A stretch of 61,694 bases of DNA, the filler included, from Choristocarpus tenellus KU-1152 (taxonomy: Eukaryota; Protista; Phaeophyceae), in assembly GCA_964200185.2 (NCBI GenBank). It is 10 parts of 10 records of this genome, joined end to end, with 100 filler letters (N's around TTAATTAATTAA, not from the genome) between each part and the next. Parts side by side here need not be neighbours in the genome. Positions count along the whole stretch, not along the records: positions 37,721 to 41,306 come from CAXNAD020019102.1; positions 41,407 to 47,383 come from CAXNAD020009265.1; positions 47,484 to 51,865 come from CAXNAD020014814.1; positions 51,966 to 55,861 come from CAXNAD020017290.1; 6 more parts are not named here. The stretch is one strand, 5' to 3'. The notes below the pieces were generated by a model. The model was not told the DNA's origin and searched no databases. It worked only from the letters and a program-made list of their open reading frames with translations. This document shows, piece after piece, positions 41,235-53,842 of this stretch (position 1 is the stretch's first letter; each line of letters begins with the position of its first letter). The position numbers were made by a program, and so were the translations under genes.

Positions 41235-41306
41235 GAGTCAAAGTATCTTAGAGGGTAGAGCCGCGTCCATTTGGGGGCCAAAGTCGAATGTTGCGATTAT
41301 GATATA
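41235..41306 (+). mobile_element. MITE family B left end, abutting the copia fragment and truncated by contig end
   Basis: gagtcaaagtatcttagagggtagagccgcgtccatttggggg. Confidence 0.85.
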
Positions 41307-41749
41307 NNNNNNNNNNNNNNNNNNNNNNNNNNNNNNNNNNNNNNNNNNNNTTAATTAATTAANNNNNNNNNNNNNNNNNNNNNNNNNNNNNNNNNNNNNN
41401 NNNNNNATGGGCACGGAGGAGTCTGTTGGATTATTGGGATGCCTCCCTAGCTCCTACCCCCCGAGGCATAGGAGTAGGTAGATGGGAAGCACAGGAAGAC
41501 AGTAGTACAATATTTGATAGTGGTGAACTGATAGATTAGTGGTTTCCACACCTACAATGTTTTTCAGTGTTCTTATGTTTAGGATATTTGATTTCCTTAG
41601 GGCTAATAACGACATATTATGTATATAGTTTTCATTGGTTTCCCCCCTGACACATCTGCAAAATGTCAGAGGGCATAATAATAAAATATGCACACGACCA
41701 TTTTTGTGGAAAGCATGTTTGTCTGTTATTATACCGTTAATGACGTATT

Positions 41750-42760
41750 TCAAATACCGTTGTACCGTTGTACCGTTGTACCGATTGAGGTTCCTTGTCA
41801 AGCATCCATGATTCCACTGGCGGAACTTCTGTCAGAATAAAACCATGGAATCTCTTCCCGAGATCAATCCCACAGACTTGGTGCAGCTCGTCATTCAGAG
41901 TTGTCACACATGAAGATTTTGTTCTCACGTCTTGACTGGTGGTGATGAAGCCCCCTCTCTGAAGATGTGTTACAGGCGAATAGCGCGAGCATTTCTTTCT
42001 GTGTGCCAAAATACGCGAACTGTATACATACGTAAGAATTCATATAAGAGCAACTTTGAATTGATAGAAGAAGATGCAGAGTAAGATTCAAAATACATAC
42101 ATAACCTCACAGAATCGACGTTAATCCCTGGGAGTTGCAGAAGAGTTTTGTAATTCGAGTATGTAGATAACAGCTTGCAGATTTCATTTAACTCTTTGGC
42201 TGTAGAAAAACGGTGAATTATGTTAATAAAAGACTGAGTGTTGACCACACGACTCAGTTCTTTGATCCTTACCCTCTTTTTTTGATAAAGCGAAAAGCGA
42301 GACATCGACTGAGCAAAGCATCAACTGACAACATACGTGGTCATCATCTGTGAACCCCCGCGTCGCATTGTTTTAAGGTCGTTGGATTTGAGTTACACAT
42401 GCTATAGAGGTGAGTTTGGGGGCGCGCTGTAACAGATGCTCATCACTCCTCAATTTTCCCTGCACATCCTTGCAGTCTTGCACTTGTCCAACCTTAACCT
42501 CGTACTCTCGGTTACAGTTCGTCTTGTTTCGTTTGATAGGTCTTACCTGGTGATTCTCTAGGTCACCCTTACCTGAGTGAACCACGCCACCACATAATCA
42601 CACGATTCAAACTTTTTAGTCGATATAAATAGGTTTCTCTTATAACGATCGTTCCGTTAAAGAGAAAATCGCTCTTATGTATAATAAGAGAGGATGGGTA
42701 TATAAGAGAGATTTTTCGAAAACCCCCTACCCGTACCCTCTCTTATATAGGTACACGGAC
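41750..42760 (-). repeat. Unclassified dispersed repeat with frameshifted ORF remnants
   Basis: 42550-42625 matches 1-75, and 41965-42030 matches 43937-44000 (tgttacaggcgaata.gcgag.atttctt). Confidence 0.45.
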
Positions 42761-45554
42761 TTTATGATGTGGGTTGGGTTATTTCTTGATCTACGGTATG
42801 GAAATGACTTAAATATGTATTGATGTGGAGGTTCAGAACACTATCTTACATAAAGGGAACAGTAATAATCTCATAGTTTCTTTTAGGAATTATATTTTCC
42901 ATTTCGAGGAGATAGAGGCGAATATTGCAACACGTTTCTAAGGAATGACAGTGATGACTGTTGCACTCACAAATAACTATTGTACTACCCCTCATGACGT
43001 GTGTATATCCTCCAAATACATGAACCAGAATGGGGTGTGATCACTATCGGGTTTCTCATGAAGAGTAGGCCCTTTTGGACATGTCAATGCCGTCAACCCA
43101 TCAAGCACAACTCTACAGCAGGGGAAAATGAAGAGGGATTCCATGTGACAGGCAAACACGAGCTTGTACAGCGTATTGACACCTCTGTGTTGTGTCATCA
43201 GTAATAATATGAATGAGTGCATATCCCTGTCATAGGCATCTTCCAGCTAAGGTATACCTTTAGGGTGACCTTCGTTGAGAAGATGTACTTCAAGGTCTGT
43301 TGCTTCGCATGACATCTGCATTTACCCGTTGAAGTAAATACCGTGAGGTTTGAATGGACCTTACAAACCCCCCTCATTCACCTTTGCCCGTTCACTCTTC
43401 CCTGAGTGGCCTTCTGAGGGATTGCTCACCCTCTTGCCTTGTCTCTCTCCATTCCCTTCCTCCTGTGGGTCTTCCCTCTCCCCTTCAGTCTGAAGAACCT
43501 GTCTGCCTGTTTCCATCTGTTTCACAATGGTGACGACAGCTGTTCTGAAGTGGGAGAGTACTTCAACAGTACTTGGGGGACAATCACGGGTGCCTTCGTC
43601 AGCGCACCAGTGCGCCGTCAACATTGTCAACTATCCCTCCATAATGAATTATTTGTATGAACATAATTTAGCGAGTGTATCACACTACTAACATCAGTAC
43701 TACTACTTCTGCTCGTAGTAATGGCCTTAAAAACATATTTCTGGAGTATTCTACGAGTGTGTCACTGACTGTCACACTCTAAAAAACGATTGTGGTTCAG
43801 AGAAGAGACTAAAAGGTTTGGGTCCTCTGGAGATTCTTACACCTAGCCACTAAATTCGCTTTCTGAATTGTGTTTTAAGAAGAATACCCCACCAGTGTCG
43901 ATGACGTTTTCGTTATTATCATATTACTACTGATAGTGTTACAGGCGAATAATGCGAGTATTTCTTCCCACGTTCTAACAAGCGCGAGCAGTATACACAT
44001 GTGGGGAACCTTATAGAGAGGAACTCCGATTTGCTAATAGTTGCAGAGAAAGAGTTGTAACTCGTGAATGTATGCAACGGTTTTCCGATGTATTCCAAAA
44101 TCTTCAAAACAATTAAAATAAACGGTAAATGTCGATAGAAGAAATAAAAGAATATTGGACGATCTATGACGCCCTCCTCTTGCCCCCCTGTTCTTAATAA
44201 TCCGATACCAAAGCTAATGCACTGTTATTGATCGAGAAGAGTACCCCTGTTCTGCTGACCACACGTCCGTTATCTTTCGTTGGACCTTGGACTGTTGGAG
44301 TATCCCAGAAGACTTGTACGAGCATCAGCGTCATCTATAGGCCTGTGGATTGGAGCTATACATCCTGTAGAGGTAAGCTTCGGGAATGTCCTGTAACAAT
44401 AGTAGTAGCAACATATGGTGAGTGTATAAATATATATATATATATATATCTTGTTTATGACTAGCCGGAGTATCTAGTTATTTCGTGCACATGTGTTGTT
44501 TTACGTCCTTATTTATCACCAAAAGACAGTGTGTATTGCGTTGTGTTATCATTTCCAAATCAATTGAGAGGTAGACATGTTTGCACCCCTTTTCATTCTA
44601 AGTAATCTTTCTTACCCTATCCAGTGCACTCTATTTCGTTGCTTAATGCGCACAATGGTTTACGCAAAGATGATATTCTCCCTTCTTTCCACACACAAAG
44701 TATTACCAAAACTCACGAAGAATCTTCTACAATGGTACAAATGACATATTTTTGCCCTTTCTCAGGACCCCTGAAATGCAACCCTGCCTATCTCTCAGGG
44801 TGGTTTGACTCTTCCTCGTGTTTGTAACTGTTCGTATCCCACCTCCTCTTCATGTAGGAGTAACTATTAGTATAATCAATCAAAGTTCCAGTACTATTGA
44901 TTGTATCTTATGCCGTTACTATCTCTCTTTATCATCACTACTTCTCTCTTCTCACTTGTCCTTCTTGCTTTCACATTCCATCCAGTCATTGACCTCGCCA
45001 CCACCACCACTACTAATACTGCTACTGCATTTATTATAGAACTAATAGGACAGATAGCATTGTGACAAATAGTAAGTGAGAACACAGACCACGAGTTGGT
45101 TCAAGAAGAGGAGAATGAAGTGCACCAAACAACTTTACAATTTTTTGATGTTACAATGATTTGGCAAAGTTTTCAATATAACACAAGGGATCAACACACG
45201 TATATCACTCATGGTGGATACAACCACTCTAATTTCTCTGGCCTCCTTGGGATTAAGAGACGCCATGCGCAACAACAGAAAATTACATTTTTTTTCACCT
45301 CGCACAATTAAATGACTTACATATGTCAATTTTGAAGAAATTACGATTTGTGTTAATATTTTTGTAATTATTTTAAAATCTAGTTGAAAAAACAAAATTG
45401 GGTTGTGGTGTGTATGTCAAGCACATACATGATATTACGTATGACTATCTGATCATGATTGAAAAAAAATGCGTATGTTATTGTCATCATTTGGAATATT
45501 CCACAACACTAGTACGAAAACGAGTAAGCTGATAAGATAATAGCTAAATGGAAA

Positions 45555-45637
45555 AAGGATAGTGACACTTCCTAACAAACGCATTGCCAAAATTACATCA
45601 AAATCGCAACATTGGATTTTGACCCCCAAACGGACGC
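45555..45637 (-). mobile_element. Internal fragment of MITE family B
   Basis: aaggatagtgacacttcctaac...aaaattacatcaaaatcgcaacattggattttgacccccaaacggacgc matches about 16953-17037. Confidence 0.75.
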
Positions 45638-46279
45638 TAAGTGTCGATCATCATAGTGTCCGTCGAGTCTTCCTCTTTCTTCCAATATGGTGCATACTCG
45701 CCTGGCATCGTCAACCTGCAAGGAAGATACGTCTGCATGTTTCCTGCGTTCGGGTCTACCAATACGTATCTCTGTTTGGGTTCCGTTAAGTCTCGCTCAT
45801 GAACTCTGGATAAGTAAAAATCCAATATTTTAATGTCACATCCACTCCACTCCTTCTCAACTGACGTCGTACCACTCACTTCATACCACTCTAACGTCAC
45901 ACCACCTCCTTGTTACCACACCAACTTCACACCACCTTGTAACCATACCAAATCCACACCACCAGCTTGTTACTACCCCAACTATGTGGTCAATCCATAT
46001 ATACCCACCCTCCAAACAACTATTATTGGCAGTTTCCACATAATATCCCCTCACCAACTAATCCGGCCACTTTCTCACTATCCAAGGCGATACCTTTTTG
46101 AGCCTCGTCCGCTTGCTTCTGCTTCATGTTCCTTGGTAGTGTTCGTATCAGACTTTCATCTACCCCTGCTTACCCTGCTCCTGAGAATATTAGCAATGTT
46201 GTACAACGAATTTGAAACAACAAATTCCCTGTGTGTCACGTCTATTCTTCGTTTGAAAGGGACTTGCGTACAAATAATA

Positions 46280-47383
46280 CTACCTCTGTGCCATAAGTTT
46301 GTGCCGCGAAACATGTGGGCTCGCCAAGTGAGAACGGCTCCGAATCGGACGATAACTCCACAGAATGAAATTGGGTTGGCAATCTCAACTTTCGGAAAAG
46401 GTGGGGGTTGAGGATCATCGGTGTAAACTCCATGTACTTCAAGCCATCAAAATAGGGGCCTTTTGGGGTGATTTGAGGCCAGAACTGGGCACGTCCAGGG
46501 TCAGAACTTCGGGATGGAAACCCCTCCGTTAACCCTCGCGCGTAGGAAAGGTGCCCAAGTGTCCCTGAATAACAGGGTTGCGCTTGCAGTGTGGCACGCC
46601 CTCATGATGGTCCCTGGTGACCATAAACTGCCGCGACACATTGGGACAACTCTCATAGCGGAGATTAGAGTGTCTGAGCGTTTCAGGCGAGGGCCCTGGA
46701 AGTACGTCGCAGATCAGCTGGCCCGTGGTCAAACGCTTGACCTAGAGGTGGTGGCATGTAGTGGGTGACCTTCGGAGCTCACACTGACAAAGATGGCCAC
46801 GAAACGTGGTATCAACTCTGGTAATCTGTCATCCACAGTGCATCAGGTGACAATGAAGTTGGCCGCCAGGGGCCTGAATTATAGCAAAAGCATCATAAAC
46901 AAGTGGTTGGATGATATGGGGGCCGAGCCGAATCAACGCTGGATCGAACCCAAGATTAAATCGTGGCAAAAGGTATGGAGAATGGACCTTGTTTGCGATC
47001 AAGTGGACTGGAAACGTGGTGTGTACGCCTCCATGGCGAACACGATCCATGTGGATGAAACCTGGTTTTACATGATGGCTGATCGGGAAAGGGTTAGGAT
47101 ATTTTCGCATGAGATGATTGCGACCTTCCAGGGTCCTCCACTGTGCAGCACAAGAGTCATATCCCCAAAACCATGATCATCGCAGGCAACGCCTGCCCAG
47201 ATTCGGCTCACAGCTTTGATGGAAAGGTTGGTGTTTGTCGTGTGTATGCGCCCAAAACAGAAGACAGGACAAGTAACAACCATAAAAGGGGGGATGTGTA
47301 CGAGCAGGACTGTACTTTAGACCATTTGTGGTGCAGGAAGTGGCACACGGAGGAGTTACTGCCTGCAATCAAGACCAGGATGC
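46280..47383 (+). mobile_element. Plant-type (Soymar/Osmar, DD39D-like) mariner transposon, decayed, truncated by contig end
   Basis: TA followed by CTACCTCTGTGCCATAA resembles the Stowaway-type CTCCCTCCGT TIR. Frameshifted transposase pieces 46514-47383 read IHVDETWFY, QHKSHIPKTM, FDGKVG, RTSNNHKRG and LLPAIK. Confidence 0.85.
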
Positions 47384-47602
47384 NNNNNNNNNNNNNNNNN
47401 NNNNNNNNNNNNNNNNNNNNNNNNNNNTTAATTAATTAANNNNNNNNNNNNNNNNNNNNNNNNNNNNNNNNNNNNNNNNNNNNCCCCCAGATAATTTGAG
47501 TCAGTGAACTCCAAAACAAAAAAAATGTTGTCAGTACCCCAGCGGCACTCCCCTCTTTTGGTCGATTTATCTATGTTGTCAGTGTACTTTCTTGCCTTGG
47601 TG

Positions 47603-47708
47603 CTCGTGCGTTCTCGTGCGTTCTCGTGCGTCCTCGTGCGTTCTCGTGCGTCCTCGTGCGTTCTCGTGCATCCTCGTGCGTTCTCGTGCATCCTCGTGCG
47701 TCCTCGTG
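47603..47708. repeat. 10-bp minisatellite (CTCGTGCRTY)n
   Basis: About ten tandem copies. Confidence 0.9.
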
Positions 47709-47824
47709 ATCTGCCAGACTGATGTGATTACATATAATAATAGTATAAATAAGAATGATAATAATAATAATAATAATAATCAAACTAGGTGTATATCCCG
47801 CCGCACCTCTCTCCCTCCCTCTCT

Positions 47825-47869
<45 letters not shown>

Positions 47870-47884
47870 CTCTTGACAATGAAG

Positions 47885-48094
47885 CTTGGATCCATGGCAA
47901 GAAGGGGCAAAGACCAAGATCTGACACTGTCTTTCCAAGTGCCCCCTGGCCTGCACCCTGGAGAGGTGACCCTGAGCCTCCACGTGGTGCCCGATGGTGT
48001 CCTGGGCATGGACTACCATTCCGACTTGAAGGCTGTCATTGTAGAGCACCTGCAAGAAGGAAGGCCTCTGCGGGGGAAGCCGTTTATCCCTTGA
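47885..48094 (+). CDS. Terminal exon resembling the C-terminal Sec63/Brl domain of Ski2-like helicases (ASCC3/Brr2-like)
   Basis: After a (CT)n tract and an AAG acceptor: LGSMARRGKDQDLTLSFQVPPGLHPGEVTLSLHVVPDGVLGMDY...*, similar to the LxFxxP..G.Y..TL.LMSD.YLG.DQ consensus. Confidence 0.55.
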   Translation, partial: LGSMARRGKDQDLTLSFQVPPGLHPGEVTLSLHVVPDGVLGMDYHSDLKAVIVEHLQEGRPLRGKPFIP

Positions 48095-49447
48095 TGGCAT
48101 GTATGCATGGTGACACTGACAAGGAGGTCCTCACTGCGTCTGCTCATCATTTGTGTGCATCTGAGTCTCCTGGAGGGCATGTCTTTTCATGGCAGCAATG
48201 GGGACTTGAGTGGGGACCGTGTAGATGCGATATGGGGTTGCATGGTTGGGCAACCTTGTGCGTTTTTTTGTGCGTTTTTTTGTGTCTGTGGCAAGTGTGC
48301 CAGCCTACGAGGATGGGTAAGACACTGTCAAGAAACAAGGCGGGCTGGGCTACCTACCTAGCAGCTACTTTTGCTCATCAGGGATTCGTGTAAAAAAAAA
48401 AAAATTATGCGTTGTCGCAACGCCTCGTGCTTTTTTTTTTACCACTGTCATTTCGCTTTGCTCATGAGCGTTGTCATTTTTCTTTTTATTGGTGTGTATA
48501 GATAGATATGTAGACCTGATGGTGGTGTTTTTTTTTTGTGTGTGTTTTTTTGGTAGCGCGTTTGCTTGCTCATCGGCAAAAAAGACTTTTTTTTTTGTTA
48601 TATTCCGTTTTTTTCACGTTTTGGGAAATACGTTTGTTTTTTACTTACTTAACTCTTCCGTAGCTTTTTATTGTTCTTCAAGGTTGTTTTTTTATTGTTC
48701 CGATATTCATTTCCTCCTGCAAAAAATAGAAATGCGATTCTGTTGTTGTCAACACGTGTTGAGAAAAAGTCCCGCCAAAGTAACATCCATCAAAGTCCGC
48801 TTTAATGGAAGGTATCACGTGTTGAGCAGGGCCCTTCTTAGCTAGCTACCAGACCCCCCCCGCCCGCCCAACAGATCCGTGTTCTTCCCATTTCCTGCCA
48901 ATATATAAGGCGTGGGCAACGAGTGCAAGGTATGTCATGGTACAACTTTGAACTCTCTTTTGGACGAGAGAGCGTGAGCAGCAGCCCTACCAGAGGGCCA
49001 AAGGGACTTTGCTACTCGTGTCTTAGCACTTCCCTTGCATTGCATATCATGAAAAAGGTTGAAGCCTTCCAGAGAGTTCCAGGGGTCGCAATGAGAGATG
49101 CATGGAGTGGATGTTACAATGGCCCCCTGCTCATGTAAGGCGGCAGGTGGAAAGAGTCTCATGTATACAAGCCTTCCTGCGCTTGGCCACTCCTTCCAGG
49201 ACACACAGGCTTTGCACAAATGTTCTTGAAATCCTGGGGATATTCTAACAACACCAACATTTTGAAGAAATACTGGCTGAGTGAAACAACATGGTAGCGA
49301 TAGCTTGCACTTCTGTGCTAAGCACTGTAAGTACGGGATCCAAGGACGCTCACACTCAGAGGTTTCGATCTGTAATATTACATTCAGTTCATTGTCCAGC
49401 ATACATTCAGTTCATTTTCCCTGTCACATCCACAGTCTATTCTATAA

Positions 49448-49625
49448 GACTCAAAGTATCTGGGGGGGGGGGGGGTCTACACCAAAGTGTCCATTTCGAC
49501 CAAAACCAGGAAGAGTGCACTTTCATTATCCATCCAACGTGTGGAACCATATCACCATAAAATTGTGACATGAACAATTTAGTCCCAAGTGGACAGCCGC
49601 CACCCCTCCCAGATACTCGTGAGCC
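49448..49625 (+). mobile_element. MITE family A, full length (178 bp)
   Basis: gactcaaagtatctggggg ... cccagatactcgtgagcc; flanks are TAA and TGA. Confidence 0.88.
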
Positions 49626-50711
49626 TGAAGCAGTTGCACACCCAGGATGCCAAAGCTGCAATTCAGCCTTGTGTTGTAAAGGTCAAGTAACTGAGAGAGG
49701 GTCACAGAGAGCAGCAGACTCTGCGTCGGTATTGTTGTATTGTTGGATCTATGATGCTCGGTGCCACTCTATCTATCTATCTCTCTATCTCTCTCTCTCT
49801 CTCTCTCCTTCACATACCAATGTGACACTTATTGCAGCACACATGCTTGATTGTGACCAATGTGACACTTATTGCACCTCTTGACACTCGTCATACACAC
49901 ACACACGCCATGAGAGGGCTGGCCGCGCTCCTTGAGAGGCCTATCTATCTGCTATCAGAACAAAGAACAACACATCCAAAGGATGACAACAGCGGGAGAG
50001 ACCGAAAATCAGTACGACGTACGAACAAGTAGTGCAGACCTGGTTAGAGCCAGTGCAAGATCCACGATAACATTCAACGTTTCGATGGAGGTACTACGTA
50101 CATATGGTTGTTGCTAGGACGCATGCAACACCATGAGTCGGTTCCTACAACCGGGGAGTATTCTAACTGTGGGATGGCAAGTGAGCTTGCAATACAGAGG
50201 GGAGCGGCTAATAATGGCGATGAGATAGAGTAAGAGCGGGTCTGATGTGGGGGTGCTGGGTTTGGATAAAGAAGAAGACGCAAGTTTCACCCTAATAATA
50301 ATCTTTAAAAAAAGTAAAATCAGATGTTTCTTGGGGAGAGTGTTGGCTCCAGTGAGCACGCATGACGAAGAGAGAGAGAGAGAGTCATAGCCAGTGACAT
50401 ACACACAGAGGCGGATAGATGATGTGTCTACACTTACACTCCGAGTTACACGGTACGTGGTTGGAATAATAAGGGTCAAAACATAGTTTCTTCTAGTCTT
50501 GGCAATCATTCGGAATAATAAGGGACACTTTGTGGAATAATAAACAGCAGGGCGGTTGTAGGACCTAGGCAGTAGCAGGAACGCAATCTTAACCTTGATT
50601 GAGAGTGCCCTAGGTGCAACACTACACATTACCAATACCACAAACTGGACCCACTCTGCCCCCTCTTTAATAATATATAGCCAAGAGATATGCTCACACA
50701 CATCACAAATA

Positions 50712-50889
50712 GACTCAAAGTATCTGGGGGGGGAGGGGCCTACACCAGGGTGTCCATTTGGGTCATAACCAGGAAAAGTGCACTTACATTATCCATCCTA
50801 TGTATGCAACCAAATCACACAAAAATCGCGATATGAAAGTATTGTCCCCAAATGGACAGCCGTCACACACACCCAAGATACTTTGAGCC
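50712..50889 (+). mobile_element. MITE family A, full length (178 bp), ATA target-site duplication
   Basis: ata|gactcaaagtatct ... agatactttgagcc|ata. Confidence 0.9.
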
Positions 50890-51347
50890 ATAGATGACTC
50901 GCTCAACAATTAATTATCTCAAACCCACAGCCTGACTAATTATATACCTTGCTCCCACACCTCATCCCAATTCTCCACAACACATTTACACTCCAAACAA
51001 GCAAGAATTCAATGCAAGATCCAAACAGACATGATCGCAGATTGTGAGACAGAACGGCCCCCTAACAACACTTAGACTAGGTTGGGAAGCCTCTGTGACG
51101 CAGCCTGCTAAGCTGCTGGAGAAGATGGAGCCGTTGACTGGGGCAGAGGTTGCTACATTGGGGTCTGAAGAACTGAGGTTAAGGGGAGAAACGTTATAGA
51201 GTCCATAGGCTGCACCAGTACGGGTATATCACATCCCATGACGTCTTGTTTTTCAACATTTTTTTGTAATAATGGCGATTGGGGGTTAATCCTTCTACTA
51301 CTGTACACAAGAGCGATGGCGTCCTTAGTCTGTTGAAGAACAACCGT

Positions 51348-51444
51348 TCATTCATCTCCCTCAATCAACTCTACAACACCATTTTCATCCAGTCTACAGG
51401 AAAGAATCGCTCTTTGCACACTACTTCCTGCATTATAAAATCTT
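51348..51444 (-). CDS. Possible terminal exon of an unknown gene
   Basis: A CAG acceptor precedes RFYNAGSSVQRAILSCRLDENGVVELIEGDE*. No family recognised. Confidence 0.25.
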
Positions 51445-51587
51445 CTGCACATATACATATATATATATAGCTGTATGGAGAACGGATGACCTTTGTGATA
51501 AAAATGTACAGAATCAAGCAACGAGGTCTAGACACCTCAAAGCGGAATATACAGTGCAATACTCGAGACTCTCAACCCAAATAACAA

Positions 51588-51649
<62 letters not shown>

Positions 51650-53761
51650 GTAACCCACTTGCCAATCAGGCACCAATTTAATGTACACAATAGGAAAGTG
51701 AAGGTTACCTCCTACACCTTCAAATTTACCCGGGTGAGGAGTAAGAAACATGGATGGAACCACTTCCTCTTGACAAGGAAAAAAGCAGAGCTCGCCCCCC
51801 ACCCACCCACCCACCCACCCACCCACCCCCAAAGACCCTCCAATCAAAATCTATGGCAATGAACGNNNNNNNNNNNNNNNNNNNNNNNNNNNNNNNNNNN
51901 NNNNNNNNNTTAATTAATTAANNNNNNNNNNNNNNNNNNNNNNNNNNNNNNNNNNNNNNNNNNNNTTTTTTTGTTTTGGTTTCATCCTGGGGGTGGATGG
52001 GTTAAATTCCCTTTTCCTGATTTTGCCCCGAATGGCCAACCGGGGGTCCCCCCCCCCCCCCCCCCCCCTCCCCTCCCCAGATACTTCGGGTCGTTTCTTC
52101 AATATGTGCTAACACAGCCGCCAAGAAAGACTTGTAAACAACTCGGACAGGTTCTCCTCCCCGACTGTTCTTCTGCCTTGATGCCTCTCCTCATCTTGAC
52201 CTCCTATTTTTCTAGCAGCTGCCAACATTGCCGATACTTTTCCCTTAAGTCTCTGGGTTGTTTGCCTTGTTCTGTGCAGACTATGACGCTGATGAGAGGC
52301 GCAAGACCCTTGCTGATGTTGTTGGGCGCATGAAGATTGCGAGGTATGATACTCAACACCAAACCCTCTAGTATTACAGCATGTACACCAAACCAAAGTG
52401 TGCTAATTCTCCAAGGTCTCTTGTCAAATCTCAATTGTAAGCTTTGCAGTGTTTTAGGGGGCGAAAATGAGGGTACTACTAAGAGAGTACTCCGTAATTT
52501 TTGGTGAGAGTCTTGTTGATGGCATTGACTATGAAGTGCTTTTTGTTACATATCAATCTATGTTCAGGTCAGAAAGTTCAACATGAATTGGTGGGTCAGA
52601 ATCAAAGTGCTTAATTTGTGCTCGGGAATATCCTTGCAGGAAAGGTGGATTCATTCATCAGGATCCAGCAAGAGGTTTGGTACAAAGGAGGGTCAGCAAA
52701 TATTGGGTTTTGTGTACCAAAGTAGATGGCAAGGTTATTGTACATGATAAGGTTTTGATGGATCCTTTGATATTGGAATCCAGTCCATACTTGAATTTGT
52801 AGGAGAAAACACTGGATCACATTTATAAGATTGGCCCATATCTATAGGATTATACCGATCTAAGGACTATTCTATAACGTCGTGAATCATGACAGTTCAA
52901 TTGGCTTCAATTCGAATAATCGGAATAACCAAATAACTGAGCTACAAAACTTTGGTCATATAGTTATTTTTTTCACAGTGCAAGTGGAACTGTGACAACT
53001 GAACTTGTTGGAGGCCACAGAAGAGCCACGTATTCCTCGCAACGTGTCAAAATACCCACAAATTACTACAAGTTGTTCACGGCTTCGGATCTTCCCGCTG
53101 AGACCAGTGGAGGCTTCGGAGTTTTTGGCTGGTGTGTCGATAGTTCACTTTGATTCGTTTCAATCAATCAAAATTGTTCTCTGGCCCATATATTTATAGT
53201 CGCAAACTATTCTGTCAGTTCGCAACACTAATATTTTCTAAGCAATGTATAGTAGTGGTAGCAAGTCTTGTACTCAAAACCAACCCTATAGCAAGTTCAA
53301 AGAAGTGAATTTCAAACACAGACAGGTGACATGAAGCAAGAGTCAACAAGCAGGGGGTCCATAGTGTTCATTGATATGTTACCCAGTTGACTTCAAGGTT
53401 CTATTGGAAACAAGCTTACTTTCTAGAGGCATAGAATGGGAATATAGTGGGAATGTACTTTCAATTTCGAATTTCCTATTGTCCCTGCCCGTCCTGTTTA
53501 CTTTCCAGTTCGACGGTTTTGTCTGTGTGATCCAGGAATTGCCGAGACTTTAAGTAATCCCTTCCTCTATTTGATGCTTAAAATATACCAACACTTAGAA
53601 TGAGCACTGGGTCGCGCACAGACAGTGCAAAGCTTAGGGTAGGAAAGTTGGAAAGAGAGGTTAATTCAGTAGAACAGTCCGCGTGTTTGCATAGGGTCAA
53701 CAGGATGGATGCCTTCGTCCTGCAACTTCTCCTAAGGGTTCAATTTTCTAAGCTGTTCCCT

Positions 53762-53842
53762 ACACCAAATCACCCAAAATCGCAAGATTAAAAAAGTTGC
53801 CCCAAATGGACAGCCGCCACCCCCTCCCAGATAATTTGAGCC
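53762..53842 (+). mobile_element. MITE family A right half
   Basis: accaaatcacccaaaatcgc...ccccaaatggacagccgccaccccctcccagataatttgagcc. Confidence 0.85.

Noticed and set aside
45833-46411. 192-aa ORF with TPPPCYH-like repeats
   Set aside because: It arises from a short ~30-bp tandem repeat, runs into the mariner TIR and has no recognisable domain.
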